This document shows, piece after piece, positions 1 to 12,200 of a DNA stretch of 64,000 bases. The translations under genes were made by a program, and so were the position numbers. Below the pieces are notes generated by a model, which was not told the origin of the DNA, made no database searches, and was given only the letters and a program-made list of their open reading frames with translations. Where the stretch lies: contig NMRA01000362.1 in the NCBI GenBank assembly GCA_002633005.1, positions 186,001 to 250,000 on the forward strand, in the 5' to 3' direction. This DNA is from Phoronis australis (taxonomy: Eukaryota > Animalia > Phoronida). Numbering within the stretch: the first letter of the stretch is position 1; every line of letters starts with the position of its first letter.

Positions 1-53
1 ATGTTGTGTAATGTCCGTATTGTTTACCAAGGCTCCACTTGCTTCTTTTTTAG

Positions 54-3000
54 TTGCACAGCGTATTCTGGAGAACAAGGCTCTAGTTTTCAACGATTGT
101 AAACTTGTGGCAAGTCTCCACACAGAACACCAGCCTACCGATGTGAACGTGGCACTGAGGGTGACTGGATTCGATCAAAGTACAACTAACGAAATGTTGA
201 AGTTGTTCTTTAAAAATCGGAAGAAAAGTGGCGGGTTTGATCTTAAAAGTCTGCGCGTTAATCAATGGAGAACTGCAGCTTTAGTCGTGTATGAGAGCGC
301 TGAAGGTGAAATGTTTCGTCCACATAACATTTCAAAAATCTCTTTTCAATGTTCGATCTACACCAAGTAGTTGTACTTACCGATTCATTTTTCGAATCAC
401 GTGATATTCATGTTCGGGGTGGCCAAAAAGTTATCCACGTTTTGCTTCTTAAAACATTTTCAAAAAAAACAATTAACTTTACAAATCGGAACTAAACTTC
501 TCAACCAAACAAGAAATAGAATGCTCGTTCGTTGCCATTTTTAGGTTTGTTAAAGTTTCACTAAGAGTCTATAAGCCAGCCTAAAAATCCAACTTTTGAC
601 TTGTTTCTTTCTTTGATGAGAAGAAATGTTTATGTTTCTAAAGAACTGATAGTTCGTTTTCTTGAGACCATGCTCGGCACTTAGAAAAACACGCATTGAC
701 GCTAGGGGAAGGCGGAGAGGTAAAACACGATCTGATACACTAACAAAACAACAGTCGTCTAACACTCTTCCGGTTCTTTTACATTTTAGTTGCGGAGCTT
801 GTAGCCAGTAAACCTGAGCTAAAACTTCAAGGAAAAGTGCTTTCTGCTGAGCTGTGTTCCGCAATCGACGACATTGAAATATACGACGAAGAGTACTTGT
901 CAATGACAGCAGTGCGCGTCACAGGGTTCCACCACACCACATCAAACGACACACTGGAGTTGTTTTTCGCCAATAAACAAAAAAGTGGAGGCGGTCAAGT
1001 TAAACTTGCGAAAGTGAATGAGCGACGTACTACAGCACTGATTGACTACGGTTGCCGACATGGTATTTTGTTTATGGCAACTCTCTTATGTTTCACAATC
1101 ACAACTCGTGAGAGGGTTACATACTTTGATTTTGTTGGGTTTTGTTTTGTTTTGTGCCCCAAACTGCTTCGAAATCGTTGACTTAAAATTATGCTGAACC
1201 CTGTTGTGATGATTTTAAGCAAGGCATGTATAATATGAACTTTGGCTTTATAGAAGTGAGTGATTATCTGTAATTTTGCTTAATCAGCTCAATGCAGAGG
1301 TAACCTCAATACTTCTTTAAATGTCTGTTGGTGTCACAGTCTAACACATGGGCCAGGTAGGCTAGGGTTTGAATCGCTTTAAGTACCGATACTTGATTCG
1401 GAAAACTGTCTTTGGTCCGTATAGTTTCAAGCCTGTGATTTGTATTATACTGGCAGATATTGAGATGATTCGTATCTCCACCTTCCTTTTGAAACCTCCA
1501 TGCGGATAACAGTGGTAGCTTTAATTAGAAAATTTGAACGAAACAGGTCTCGAATCAGATGTGAATAGCGTTTCATTATTGGTGTTTCGAATTTATTAGC
1601 ATAAACATGTAATTGATCACCCTGACAACGATGACCTCGCATTGGTAATGTTTCACCTTACTGTTTCAGTTGCACAACGTGTTGCCGGAAGGGAAGGGTT
1701 ACAATTGGATGACTCTATGCTGTCTGCTGTCTTATGTAGACCTGACGAGGACATAGACAGCACGCCGTCAATTAGCAGAGCTGCCCTTGGACGGATAGCA
1801 AACATTGGAAATCTTTATGACATCAGAAGTGACAACGTTTTGGTGAGTACAAAAATGTGGCTGTAATTTACTTAACAATTCCTACCCTGTACCTGTCTTC
1901 ATTATGTCATTTTCATTATTGTAAATACTCTGGCTGTTTATTACCATCTGTTTATTTGTTTCATCTCTCTTAATCAAATTTTCATCAGATGTCGTCATTC
2001 ATTTATTATCTTAGTTCTCAACCTGTTTTAGTTCTATCTTTGTTGCATGTATTTAATTATTGATTTACTTCTTTGTTGTTTTATCTTACTGCTTGATATT
2101 TTGTTGTTGAGGGCCCTCTTGGGCTATCACTGAAAAGGCGACACTCATTTTAAATAATACAATAAAGAAATAAATAAATAAAATGAATAAAACAGTACCA
2201 GTATTTCTAAACAATTTTACAATAAATGACCAAAGTAATCAGACCTTTGCAACTCCACGAATTCTTTTATTAGCTATCAGCGACGTGTTAATAATTATCA
2301 TGGATTATTTCCAGGATCAGTCACTGATACGAGAAGAAGTTGACAGCAGTTCAATATGCTTAACCCAACTCAATGAGACATCTCTGGAAGAAATAGAGAT
2401 GTGCGACTTACACAACCAATTGGAAAAGCTTAATGTCGACCCAGAGCTTCAGCTCAGTGTCTTGACAGAACTGTCCAATGTTAAAACAAAATCCGGAGGG
2501 CAACAACGTTCGTCTACAACTAATCTTATCTTCAAGAAAGAGAGTGTTAAAGAAGAATATATAATTTCCCAAAACCAAGACAAAATCGACTTAGATATTA
2601 TTAACTCTGTCGCTGACCAACAAATTTCAGCCACTCACGTGATTCTGGGGGTCGTTTGGGGTACACTTTGCACACTCACTCCTAAGGTGACAAAAGGTCA
2701 GAATGGTGGTCGACTTAAAGAAGAAGAAATAAAGCAACTGAGAAACATCTTGTGTCGTCAGAATAAAAATGATGCGACCAAAGGGACCATTGGGTTTTGG
2801 AAGAGTACTATTGTGAACTGCAAGTGGGATTTATTTTTGCCTTATGATGGCTCTATGGCCAATACCAGATTCCAAGGTATCAACGAAGTTATCTGTAATT
2901 TGCCACAGCTAGCTGGTGGCAAAAAAGGGGTCCCTCTTGTGTATTTGCTCATGCCTCTTGAGGAAGTTGCTGCCCTTTGCAACATGGCAGTAACCGTGCC

Positions 3001-6000
3001 TCCATTTTTGCCTATAGGCGCACGCACGGTCAACTTGATTTTGACCTTCCTGAAGAATATCTCTGAAAAGCGGCTGCGTATTTTGCAAATTCAGTCTGAT
3101 TTAAAAAGCTCGAAAAAATATGTAGCTGACCAAGTCCTGGTCAATACAGACTCTGTTGTCGTAAAACACCAAACAGACATGGATGCTTTCAAGAATAAAC
3201 TGCGACATATGATTCTAATGATCCGTAAACAGAATGACGACACTTCATGTGTAGAAGACTTCCTTCACGCATCTCACCAAGACTTATCCACTGAGGTTGA
3301 CAAGCAAATTTCTCTTCTTGCTCAAGAATTCGAGAAGTTACAATTTATCAAATCTTCAAAAGGGAAAGGTATATTATATGTGGGCAAACATGATCAATTG
3401 ACTGTTGGCGATGCACCAAAGGTTTATGTATTCTACAAGCCAGCTAAGACCAGTGCACGAGCTCAAAAGGTCGAGCGCTTCTTCCTTCGATGTCAGTCTT
3501 CCCAATCACTGCGAAGTGCCCTTTTCAAAGTTGTTGACGAAACGATCAGGCCGGACCTTTGGAGAGGCAAAGAAGAGGCAGTTGTGGCGTTTTATCAAAA
3601 GGGTATCCAGCAGAGCAAAGACGTCTATGCAGACGAATACAAAGAATTAGAAAAATGTCTTGTCAAGTGCAAAGACAGCTCAAAGTCAACCGTGGTGGAG
3701 GAAAAGGCATATGTTAAGCTGAGATGTCCCAATGCTCTGTCAAGGTCTGGAGAGTGCTCTGGATATCCACTCACCTGGACTTGTGCCAAGTGTGATGCTA
3801 TTATAGAATATGGGTTTAAAAGTAAATCTTTCTACTGCAAATGTGGCTTATCAAAACCTTTTACTTGCCAGTTCCGGTGCAACGAATTTGAGCATGGGGT
3901 GGATTACTTATCCTTCCCAGACGATTTGCTACGTGATGAACTAGCCTCGCTGAGTGAAACAAAAGAGAAGAACATCTTGATTCTGGGTGAAACTGGCGTT
4001 GGAAAGTCGACATGGATCAACGGCATCTTCAATTATCTAACATTCCCCGACTTAAATGCTGCTATGAAGTCAGAAGAATTGCAGTCGCTCATTCCGTCAC
4101 GGTTCACGTTCACAAAAGATGGTAACTCGTGTGAGGTAAAGACCAAGGATACAAGTTCCAACGAAGTACTGGAAAGCGGCCAGTCAGCCACGCAAGGTGC
4201 GCAGTCCTACGTCTTCAAAGTAGGGGACCAGAAAATTCGCCTTATTGACACACCCGGCGTGGGCGACAGCAGAGGCATTGGCCAGGACCGGCAAAACTTT
4301 GACAACATTCTTGCTCATTTGAGCAAGTACGACGAGATTCNGGTTTATCAAAACCTTTTACTTGCCAGTTCCGGTGCAACGAATTTGAGCATGGGGTGGA
4401 TTACTTATCCTTCCCAGACGATTTGCTTCGTGATGAACTAGCCTCGCTGAGTGAAACAAAAGAGAAGAACATTTTGATTCTGGGTGAAACTGGTGTTGGA
4501 AAGTCGACATGGATCAACGGCATCTTCAATTATCTAACATTCCCCGACTTAAATGCTGCTATGAAGTCAGAAGAATTGCAGTCGCTCATTCCGTCACGGT
4601 TCACGTTCACAAAAGATGGTAACTCGTGTGAGGTAAAGACCAAGGGTACAAGTTCCAACGAAGTACTGGAAAGCGGCCAGTCAGCCACGCAAGGTGCGCA
4701 GTCCTACGTCTTCAAAGTAGGGGACCAGAAAATTCGCCTTATTGACACACCCGGCGTGGGCGACAGCAGAGGCATTGGCCAGGACCGGCAAAACTTTGAC
4801 AACATTCTTGCTCATTTGAGCAAGTACGACGAGATTCATGCTGTTTGCATTTTGCTGAAACCAAACAATTCTAGGTTGACCGTGGTTTTCAAGTTTTGTA
4901 TTCAAGAGCTCTTAGCGCGTTTGCATCCCTCAGCGAAACAGAATATTGTGTTCTGTTTCACAAATGCTCGAGCTACATTTTACCAGCCGGGTGATACACT
5001 GCCAGCATTAAACAAGATGTTACAATCAAAGAACATTGGACTGCAAGCAACGCCTGAAAACTACTTTTGCTTTGACAACGAACCATTTAGATTCCTCGTT
5101 TGCTTACACAACGACATCAAGTTTGAAGAAACTGAGATTACAACGTATTCAGCAAGCTGGGACAAAGCTGTTTCTGAGACCAACAAACTGTTTCATAAAA
5201 TCAAATCCATGGCCCCGCATAAGGTGAGGAACACGATCAGTATGAATGAAGCACGGCGAATTATCGTAGCTATGAGTAAACCGATGGCAGAGGTGGCTAC
5301 AACAATCCAAGAGAACGTGCAACTGGCAAACGATGCTAAAGAGCAGATTGATTTGCATGATCAAACTATGCACGACCTGCAGCAAAGCCTGAAATTCTCG
5401 GGATATGATTTGGAACGCCACGAATTGCCCTATCCGATGACTGTATGCACAGATTCCAGTTGCATCGAAAGGGTGACTGTGGGAAACACAAACATCCAGA
5501 AGATTAACTACAGGCAAATCTGTCACAAGCCTTGTTCTCTGCAAGGAATTCCAATAGAAACGACAAACGATGAAAGGCTGAGAGGTTGTGCTTGTATACG
5601 AGGAGGGACATTTTGCCAACATTGTAACCACCACTATACTCAACACATGCATCTAACGTATAACCTTGAGAAAGTACCAAGAGAGTTCATATCTGAGGAG
5701 ATTCAAATTCAGATTTTAAACAAGAAAAGTGAAAAGGAAAAGAAAGCCACGTTCAAAGAAAGGGTCGACCAAAAGGTTCGTAAGCTAAAGGAAGAAGAAA
5801 AGACAATACTACAAGTAAGTGCTAAGTATGGAGCGTTTCTGAAGAACAATTGCATAATTCCATACAACGACGCAGTGGGGGACTACATCGACATGAGCAT
5901 TGACCAGGAAGACAAGAAACCTGGAGAAATAAGAAATGAAGAAATGCTTCAAAGGTTGAGAACTCTACGACGCGAATACGACCACGAAAAGAAGATTTTG

Positions 6001-6777
6001 GACAAGTCTTTGAAGGAGGGCTATACGACTTCCCCAGCTGAAGTGATGGAGCTTCAAAAACAGTTATTTCAATTGCAGCACTTTGGAAAGACGTTACAAG
6101 GTATTTTTGAGGGAATATCAATTTCCCGATCAGCGAAGGGGAAGAACGACGACGAGATCATAGCACCTTTCATTCAGCCTGTAACTCGCCGTTACGGCAA
6201 TGAGATAAGATACTACGACAGTAACGGAGTACCCATCCTGAGTACAGGTAGGTACAGCCAGTTCACAAATGGTTCTGTTAGGAAGGGTGCGCGTGGACGC
6301 ATGGAACTACATCACCCCATGTATGACCAACGTGGAAGAGGTGGCGCAGCTGTCCATGGCCAATACGGCGGAGGCACGTTTTACCCGAGCAATACGCCTG
6401 GGTCCAGTTACGATTTTCCTCACAGATGGAGAGTTGGTAGCTCTGATAGTTATCATTGTACTGCACAGTTCCACGACCCCTATTGGAATCGAGGTAGGGC
6501 AGACCGACCCGTCGACCCAAGCTCGTATTCACACAACGTCCCACGGGATTATCACCGTCGACCTCATTCGCAGTCCTATATGGGTTATTGCGATACTGGA
6601 TATAGAGATGGCCAATTTAGTTCGCTTGATCTAAGATACTCCGGTTACGCGGGGACTCAACAGAATGAAAGTGACACTGGCGACCGTCAGCGGCATAATC
6701 AGAAAAAGGAAAAAGAAAAGAAAAAACAAAATCAAGATTCTGGCTTTTTAAGTTGGGCAGCATCCAAATTTAGATAG
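54..6777 (+). CDS. Multidomain protein, 5' end outside window: RRM-like (PARP14/NMI-type) repeats + stonustoxin-like MACPF/CDC domain + helical/thioredoxin-like region + Cys/His Zn-binding linker + septin/AIG1-like P-loop GTPase + Cys/His-rich domain + coiled coil + G/Y/R/S-rich tail
   Basis: Exons with AG/GT boundaries and compatible phases: 54-305 (phase 1-1), 790-1062 (1-1), 1670-1842 (1-0), then 2315-4340 joined to 4838-6777 after removing the duplicated block, giving >=1550 aa. Motifs: LKLFFKNRKKSGG and LELFFANKQKSGGG (RRM-like); RAALGRIANIGNLYDIRSD, ATHVILGVVWG and GVPLVYLLMPL (SNTX-like); GETGVGKS (G1), DTPG (G3), FTNAR (G4-like). AATAAA at 7117-7122. Confidence 0.85.
3845..4837. other. 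Tandem 496-bp near-identical duplication across a single N; probable uncollapsed allelic overlap (assembly artefact)
   Basis: 3845-4340 repeats at 4342-4837 with N at 4341. I see five substitutions by eye (four silent, one D/G). Removing one copy restores a continuous reading frame. Confidence 0.9.
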
Positions 6778-9298
6778 GACCCGAAGTGAATTTCGGGCCT
6801 TCCATGAACACAGAACTAAGAAGTGATGACGCAGACCCGTTACTCGAGGCATTGCTTAATCTTGACCTCTGGTTAATGATAATAACCGATTAGGTCTAAA
6901 TTACGATCAAGATCGTCCTTTCGAACAACCGACCGCATAATGGGTGCGAGACTGAAAGCATTTTACATGTTTTTGCAATATGACAAAACCTTACCATTTG
7001 TTTTTAAATTTGAAGTACGAAATATTTTGCAAGAGCTCTATCCGTCCCCATATAGTGCAAGAAAAAAGTAATCGGAGGAAATTCCGTTTCTCGTCATGAC
7101 GGATATTTCTGTTAGTAATAAAACGACTGGAAATAACTGATATGACGGCAAAATTGTCATTACAAAATGCAGAAGTTTCGCAAAAAAGTAAGAACGTATT
7201 TATACCATGGAGGTCAACATCATGATATACTCCAGAAAATATTTATTTTGAGTTTGGGCCAAAGCACAAATGAACAAAAAATTCAAAATTAATAAGGAAA
7301 TAGAGTTCGGGGGATTAGACCGTATGACCAACTGAGATGATTTTGTCGAATGCTTAGAAACCACGGATTTGTGAAGAACTTTTAAATGCAAAAAAGTTTA
7401 AATCCTTTTTCTGGTCACGTGTGCACTACTGTCATATAAATGTTTTCTCGTCACCAGAAAATAACCACAGTTGATACCATAGATAATTGTTTATGCTTTT
7501 GTGAAAAATATATTGTCTATTTCGTGGCATGCAAGAGGGAAACGCTTGCAATAAATTATTGCTTATAGTATTGCAGTTTAATGTTCGCGGATATATATAT
7601 TGCTAAACTGCTTTAGTGATACAGAACACAGCCTTTAGTTGTACTTTTCTGCTGTAACTTATTATTTTCTATTGATTTGGCTCTGTCATGTTGATGGCCC
7701 AATCCCGAGGGAAATATCAAGTTATGTGGGGACCAAAAATTTAAACTCCAGAGAATCATTGCTCTACCGAGGTCCATATACAAGCATCTTACACCCCTGT
7801 TTCATTACATGGACGCGACAACCGAAGCTTCTTCGCACTGGTATCCTAGTTTTTTATTAGCTAGAGATTAGTGTTTCTTTGCTTTGATGTAGTACCATCT
7901 TGTCCTCACTTTGTTTACACGTTCACGAGTTATACATGTATGGTTCAGCTGGACAACACCACTTCCTGACGCAAGTCATTGTACTGGGTGCTACCCAATC
8001 ATAGAACAGAAGTATCAATAGTCGTTAAATGTCTGTGAATGTCCATCCACTCATCGCAGGGACCAGTCTGAAAGCTGGCATGTTTTAATTGTTGTTATCA
8101 GGTAATGTAGTTGAGAATGTACTATGTAGTCTAAAATACAATGTAGAACTAATAGACATACATATGTGAAGGCCAGGTATTCCGGATAGCTTCATTTCTC
8201 TTATGCCAGTGATAAACTTTGATTGGCAAACCACCAATGATTTCATGGCAAAGTAATGAACGCCAATCTTGACAATACAAAAATGAATGCCTGAGCATGT
8301 AGTCAAGAACTTCCCAACAATTTTTTGCAGCAGGGTGGCCAATTCCCTTGGCATTATTAGTGCCAAAGATCGGTAATTTTCAATGGCAAACTATAATTCA
8401 TACAGGATGTTGTGGCGATATTTGACTCTAATGTAGTTACAATGCGATTGTCTGATATTGGCTTGCTTTGATACATGTGGTTCAAAAGTGTACTCCTTGC
8501 CGGAGTGCATGCGGAAATAAATCTGCTTGCTTGTACCTGTACTCTTGTGTTTAACATCACACACGCCTGAACTGCTGGCATGAACCACGACACAGTTGTT
8601 AAGTCCCCCTCATCCCCTAACTGCCACCATAGACAATAGTACATAGACAGTCTCAATGCACGAAATCCTCGAACTTGCGCACAAGTCACAACCAACATTA
8701 AATGATAACCAGGTCACTATACACCAGCAACGGCTGGTGCAACGCACGTTTAATTACTTTTGTAAAGTACATGTACATCGTCTGCTCCCTAACCTCTAAA
8801 ACAAAGCTGACTAGTGCCTTGGAAGAGTGGCACCTCTATTAGGAAAATTTGGATTTGCAAATCTGTCTATGGTCTATGCTGTCAACTACACTCCATTGAA
8901 TCAGAACAAAGGGTAAATGGTACCTCCTCACTAACAGGCATCATCAAGCGAGTCTGAAAGCCATTAAGTTCAATATTGTACAGACATTTCAGTTGCATGT
9001 GCTATCCAAACACAAAGCCAAAGGTAGGAAATGTGTAAATGACACTTTAAATACCATTCCTCTTTACCATGGATTGTGACTTAAAATTGCAAACTAACAC
9101 GTGATATCAAAGTTCTGGTCAGGAAAACCAACAAGACGTAATGTCTTAGATAAAGAACTGTGGCATACACCATCCATGTTGAAGTTGATCAGATTGACAG
9201 TAGCAATTACACGTATTCCTCTTGAATGTGCAACGTTGACACAGATGAACAGTTGTCCGGCAGTTGTGGTTGTTTACCCACAGTTAACATCCAACAAC

Positions 9299-12200
9299 CT
9301 ACATGTTGTGCAGCAAGTCCATGTACGAGCCTGACAGCAAGTCCGCTTCTTGTATGCTTAATTTATTCATCAGATCATCAGCAATACTCTGTCCATATTT
9401 ACCGGTTTGATCTTCCATCAACTGAACCTGCAAGCATGTTACAAAAAGATGAACGAGACACACCAACAAACTTTCAGAAAAACTATGTGACAGAGGTAAA
9501 GAAATAGCTCCTACCTTTCTTCAATGCACATTGTTTTGATGTGAAGACTGAACGAGAAAGAAAACGATATCAAAATACACAGTTATATTCCGGCACGCCT
9601 CTTTCAACAATTCTTAACCTTTGCTTAACATAAGAAAGGTGAGAGGACATTACGTTCTTTTACAGAAGCTTTCAGCACAAGACTTAAGAGAGGACTCTCA
9701 ATGTGTAAATAAAAAGAGTCAATTTAACCTACAACAAACTGATTACGAACATGTGATTGTGGTAGTGACTCTCACATTCTCTTTACAAGTACAGGGATGT
9801 ATGCAATGTTGAAATTACATATATGAGCATGGTGGGTAAAAATTAGATTTCGTTGTATTTGGCTAGGTGGAATAAAAGTTTGATTATGGCGTTAAATCCA
9901 CAGAACCAACGTCCCAAAGTAGACATGAACAGCAGTAGCCAACAGCGACGCTTTAATTCCAGATCTTTGAACAAAGGTTTGTTCAATGTCAGTGACGAAA
10001 GTAAACTGTTAAAAGCCCGCTACAATCAAACTGCACTAAAGGACAAATACACACATATGACAGCAATTTAAGCACCAACCGTGCGTCTGCATGACAACTC
10101 ATGCGTATTGACAACTCCAGCACTTGAAATTAATTTCTTAACCAGTTGTAAGTTAGGTGTATCATTTTGCTCATTTCCTTTCAAAATCAATAGTATGATG
10201 AACAGTGACTAAAAAAGATCATTCTGTCTCAACAAACTTAGTGCATACTCACTTCGAGTTCCATAAAAGATCCTAAACCAACCACCCGGTCCAGATGGAC
10301 TCTTGTTTGTCCAATCATATATAACGTTCGTGTCTTCTCAACACAACCCTTCACTCCTAAAGCTTTACCCAAAGTCACCTGAGAAAAAACAGAGATAAGA
10401 TTACAAACACTATATGAAAAACATGTGGAAAGTACATTAGGTTATTTCAAAACTCAAACCTATTTGTCATGAACATAACTTCGTTTCCTTGTATGTCACA
10501 TCCAGTTTCTAGGTGGGTGCACCATATAGAACGATTGCAACTAAAACACATTTTTCTGGAAAACACTTAACTTTTATACCCATAGCTTATTCCGATGTTG
10601 TCTGCAACAGTACCTTTATGTCAATTCATCACATATTTTCCTGTGGATATTTGAGGATACTTGTCCAAAAATAAATGGATAACATTGGGAACTGACGCGG
10701 GAAGTCCTTGGGATGAAAAATCAAAGCCCTGTGAAGCACCACGTTTGAAAATGAATGCTTTTAATCAGGTCCCGGTCAACAAAATCGCCACTAGGAAGAG
10801 TCACAGTAGTTGAACTGGTCTGAATACCAATGTCTGCCGTCACTTTCTCATCAGCAAAATTTGTGTCAATTTTCATGATTTGAGCGGTTGGGCGGATAGA
10901 GACACTAAAATACCGGCTCAAAACTATTAAAAATAGTCACTAGGAAGCGCAAACTCCGTCGAATACATTCACAATTGGGATGGTGTCGTCTTCATCTCAA
11001 CAGAAACATATGTAAAGAATTTTATGAATATCCGCCAATGAACTGGACAGATAGAGAGACAAAGTTAACGTAAAAATCTAAAATTGCCCCCAGTAGTTGG
11101 ATATGTCTAAAAATTGCCACCGTCTGTCACCAGCTTCACAGGAACAAGACTGGCAAATTTCATGAAGGAACTGCAAGCCTCTTATGAAATACAGTAGCGG
11201 ATGCTGTCAGATGGGTGCGCGACAGCAATATGCACCCACACAAGTATAAGTGGCCGCAAAACAAAAACGCTTGCAGAACCGTTTGCAGAAAATACACTGT
11301 ACAGTGTCCAGGTCGATTCTAATCAAAACAAAACCTTACTGTAACTGTGTTGTCAGTTTCTAGATGGCCATTATTTTTTTGCCATCCTGTGTGAGAAAAT
11401 CTCAAAATGGCATCAATTCATTAAGAGAGCATGATGTCCTTACTGGGTCGCTTTTTATTCTGGTACGAGAAAGTCAATATTTTAACTCATCTCGAAATAC
11501 AGTGTGACTAAATTTTGAAAGTCCCAGATGTTTTGATGACTGCTAACGAACAGTTAAAGAAATCGACTTCATCGAATTTTCCAATGGTAGTTCTCAGTGA
11601 GGATAAATTTATCAGTTTTGAAACTAACCTCAAAAAAGAAAACCAAGATGATTCACTATCACCCTTCAGACAACGTTGAAACCTCGCTTGCACTGAGGTT
11701 TGCGTCCAGCCCATTTCATACTGACCAGAGGTAAATATAGTTTCAGTTGGTCATGCACAATAAAGTGACAAGAGAAACCCGTAGTATCCACTTAACACAT
11801 ACTGGTAGATAAATAGAAAAAGTCACATGACTTACTTTAAGCTGTTCAGGATTATGCTCCTCTGTGATCCAGAAATCGGATTGTTTTGGGCCGGTGTCGT
11901 CACTTCTCTCGTAAAATATGAGCTGGGCAAATGGCCGGTGCTGAAACATCAAATTAGCTGGGATGTCACAGAAGCGTCACTGATCACATGGAACATTTTA
12001 ATAACAACACTGTTACTCAAATGTAATAGTGGCGAAAAGGACGACAATTGCAAAGACCATAAGATTGATCTCAAAATTCAAACTCCAGCAAGGCAACACC
12101 AATTTAATTTATATATTTTGTCTCCTACTTTAAAGTGTACTAATGACACGGTTTTTGAATTGGTTTGATGACTTCAATAATAATAGGTAATAGACATTCA

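Noticed and set aside
2183-2314. ATG at 2183 as the gene start
   Set aside because: The segment is AT-rich and intron-like, and ends in a good acceptor (TTTCCAG at 2314) that joins in phase to the upstream exon carrying the first SNTX motif.
2183-6777. Two separate GTPase genes or a programmed frameshift (ORFs 2183-4441 and 4396-6777)
   Set aside because: Explained by the 496-bp duplication around a single N; collapsing it yields one frame.
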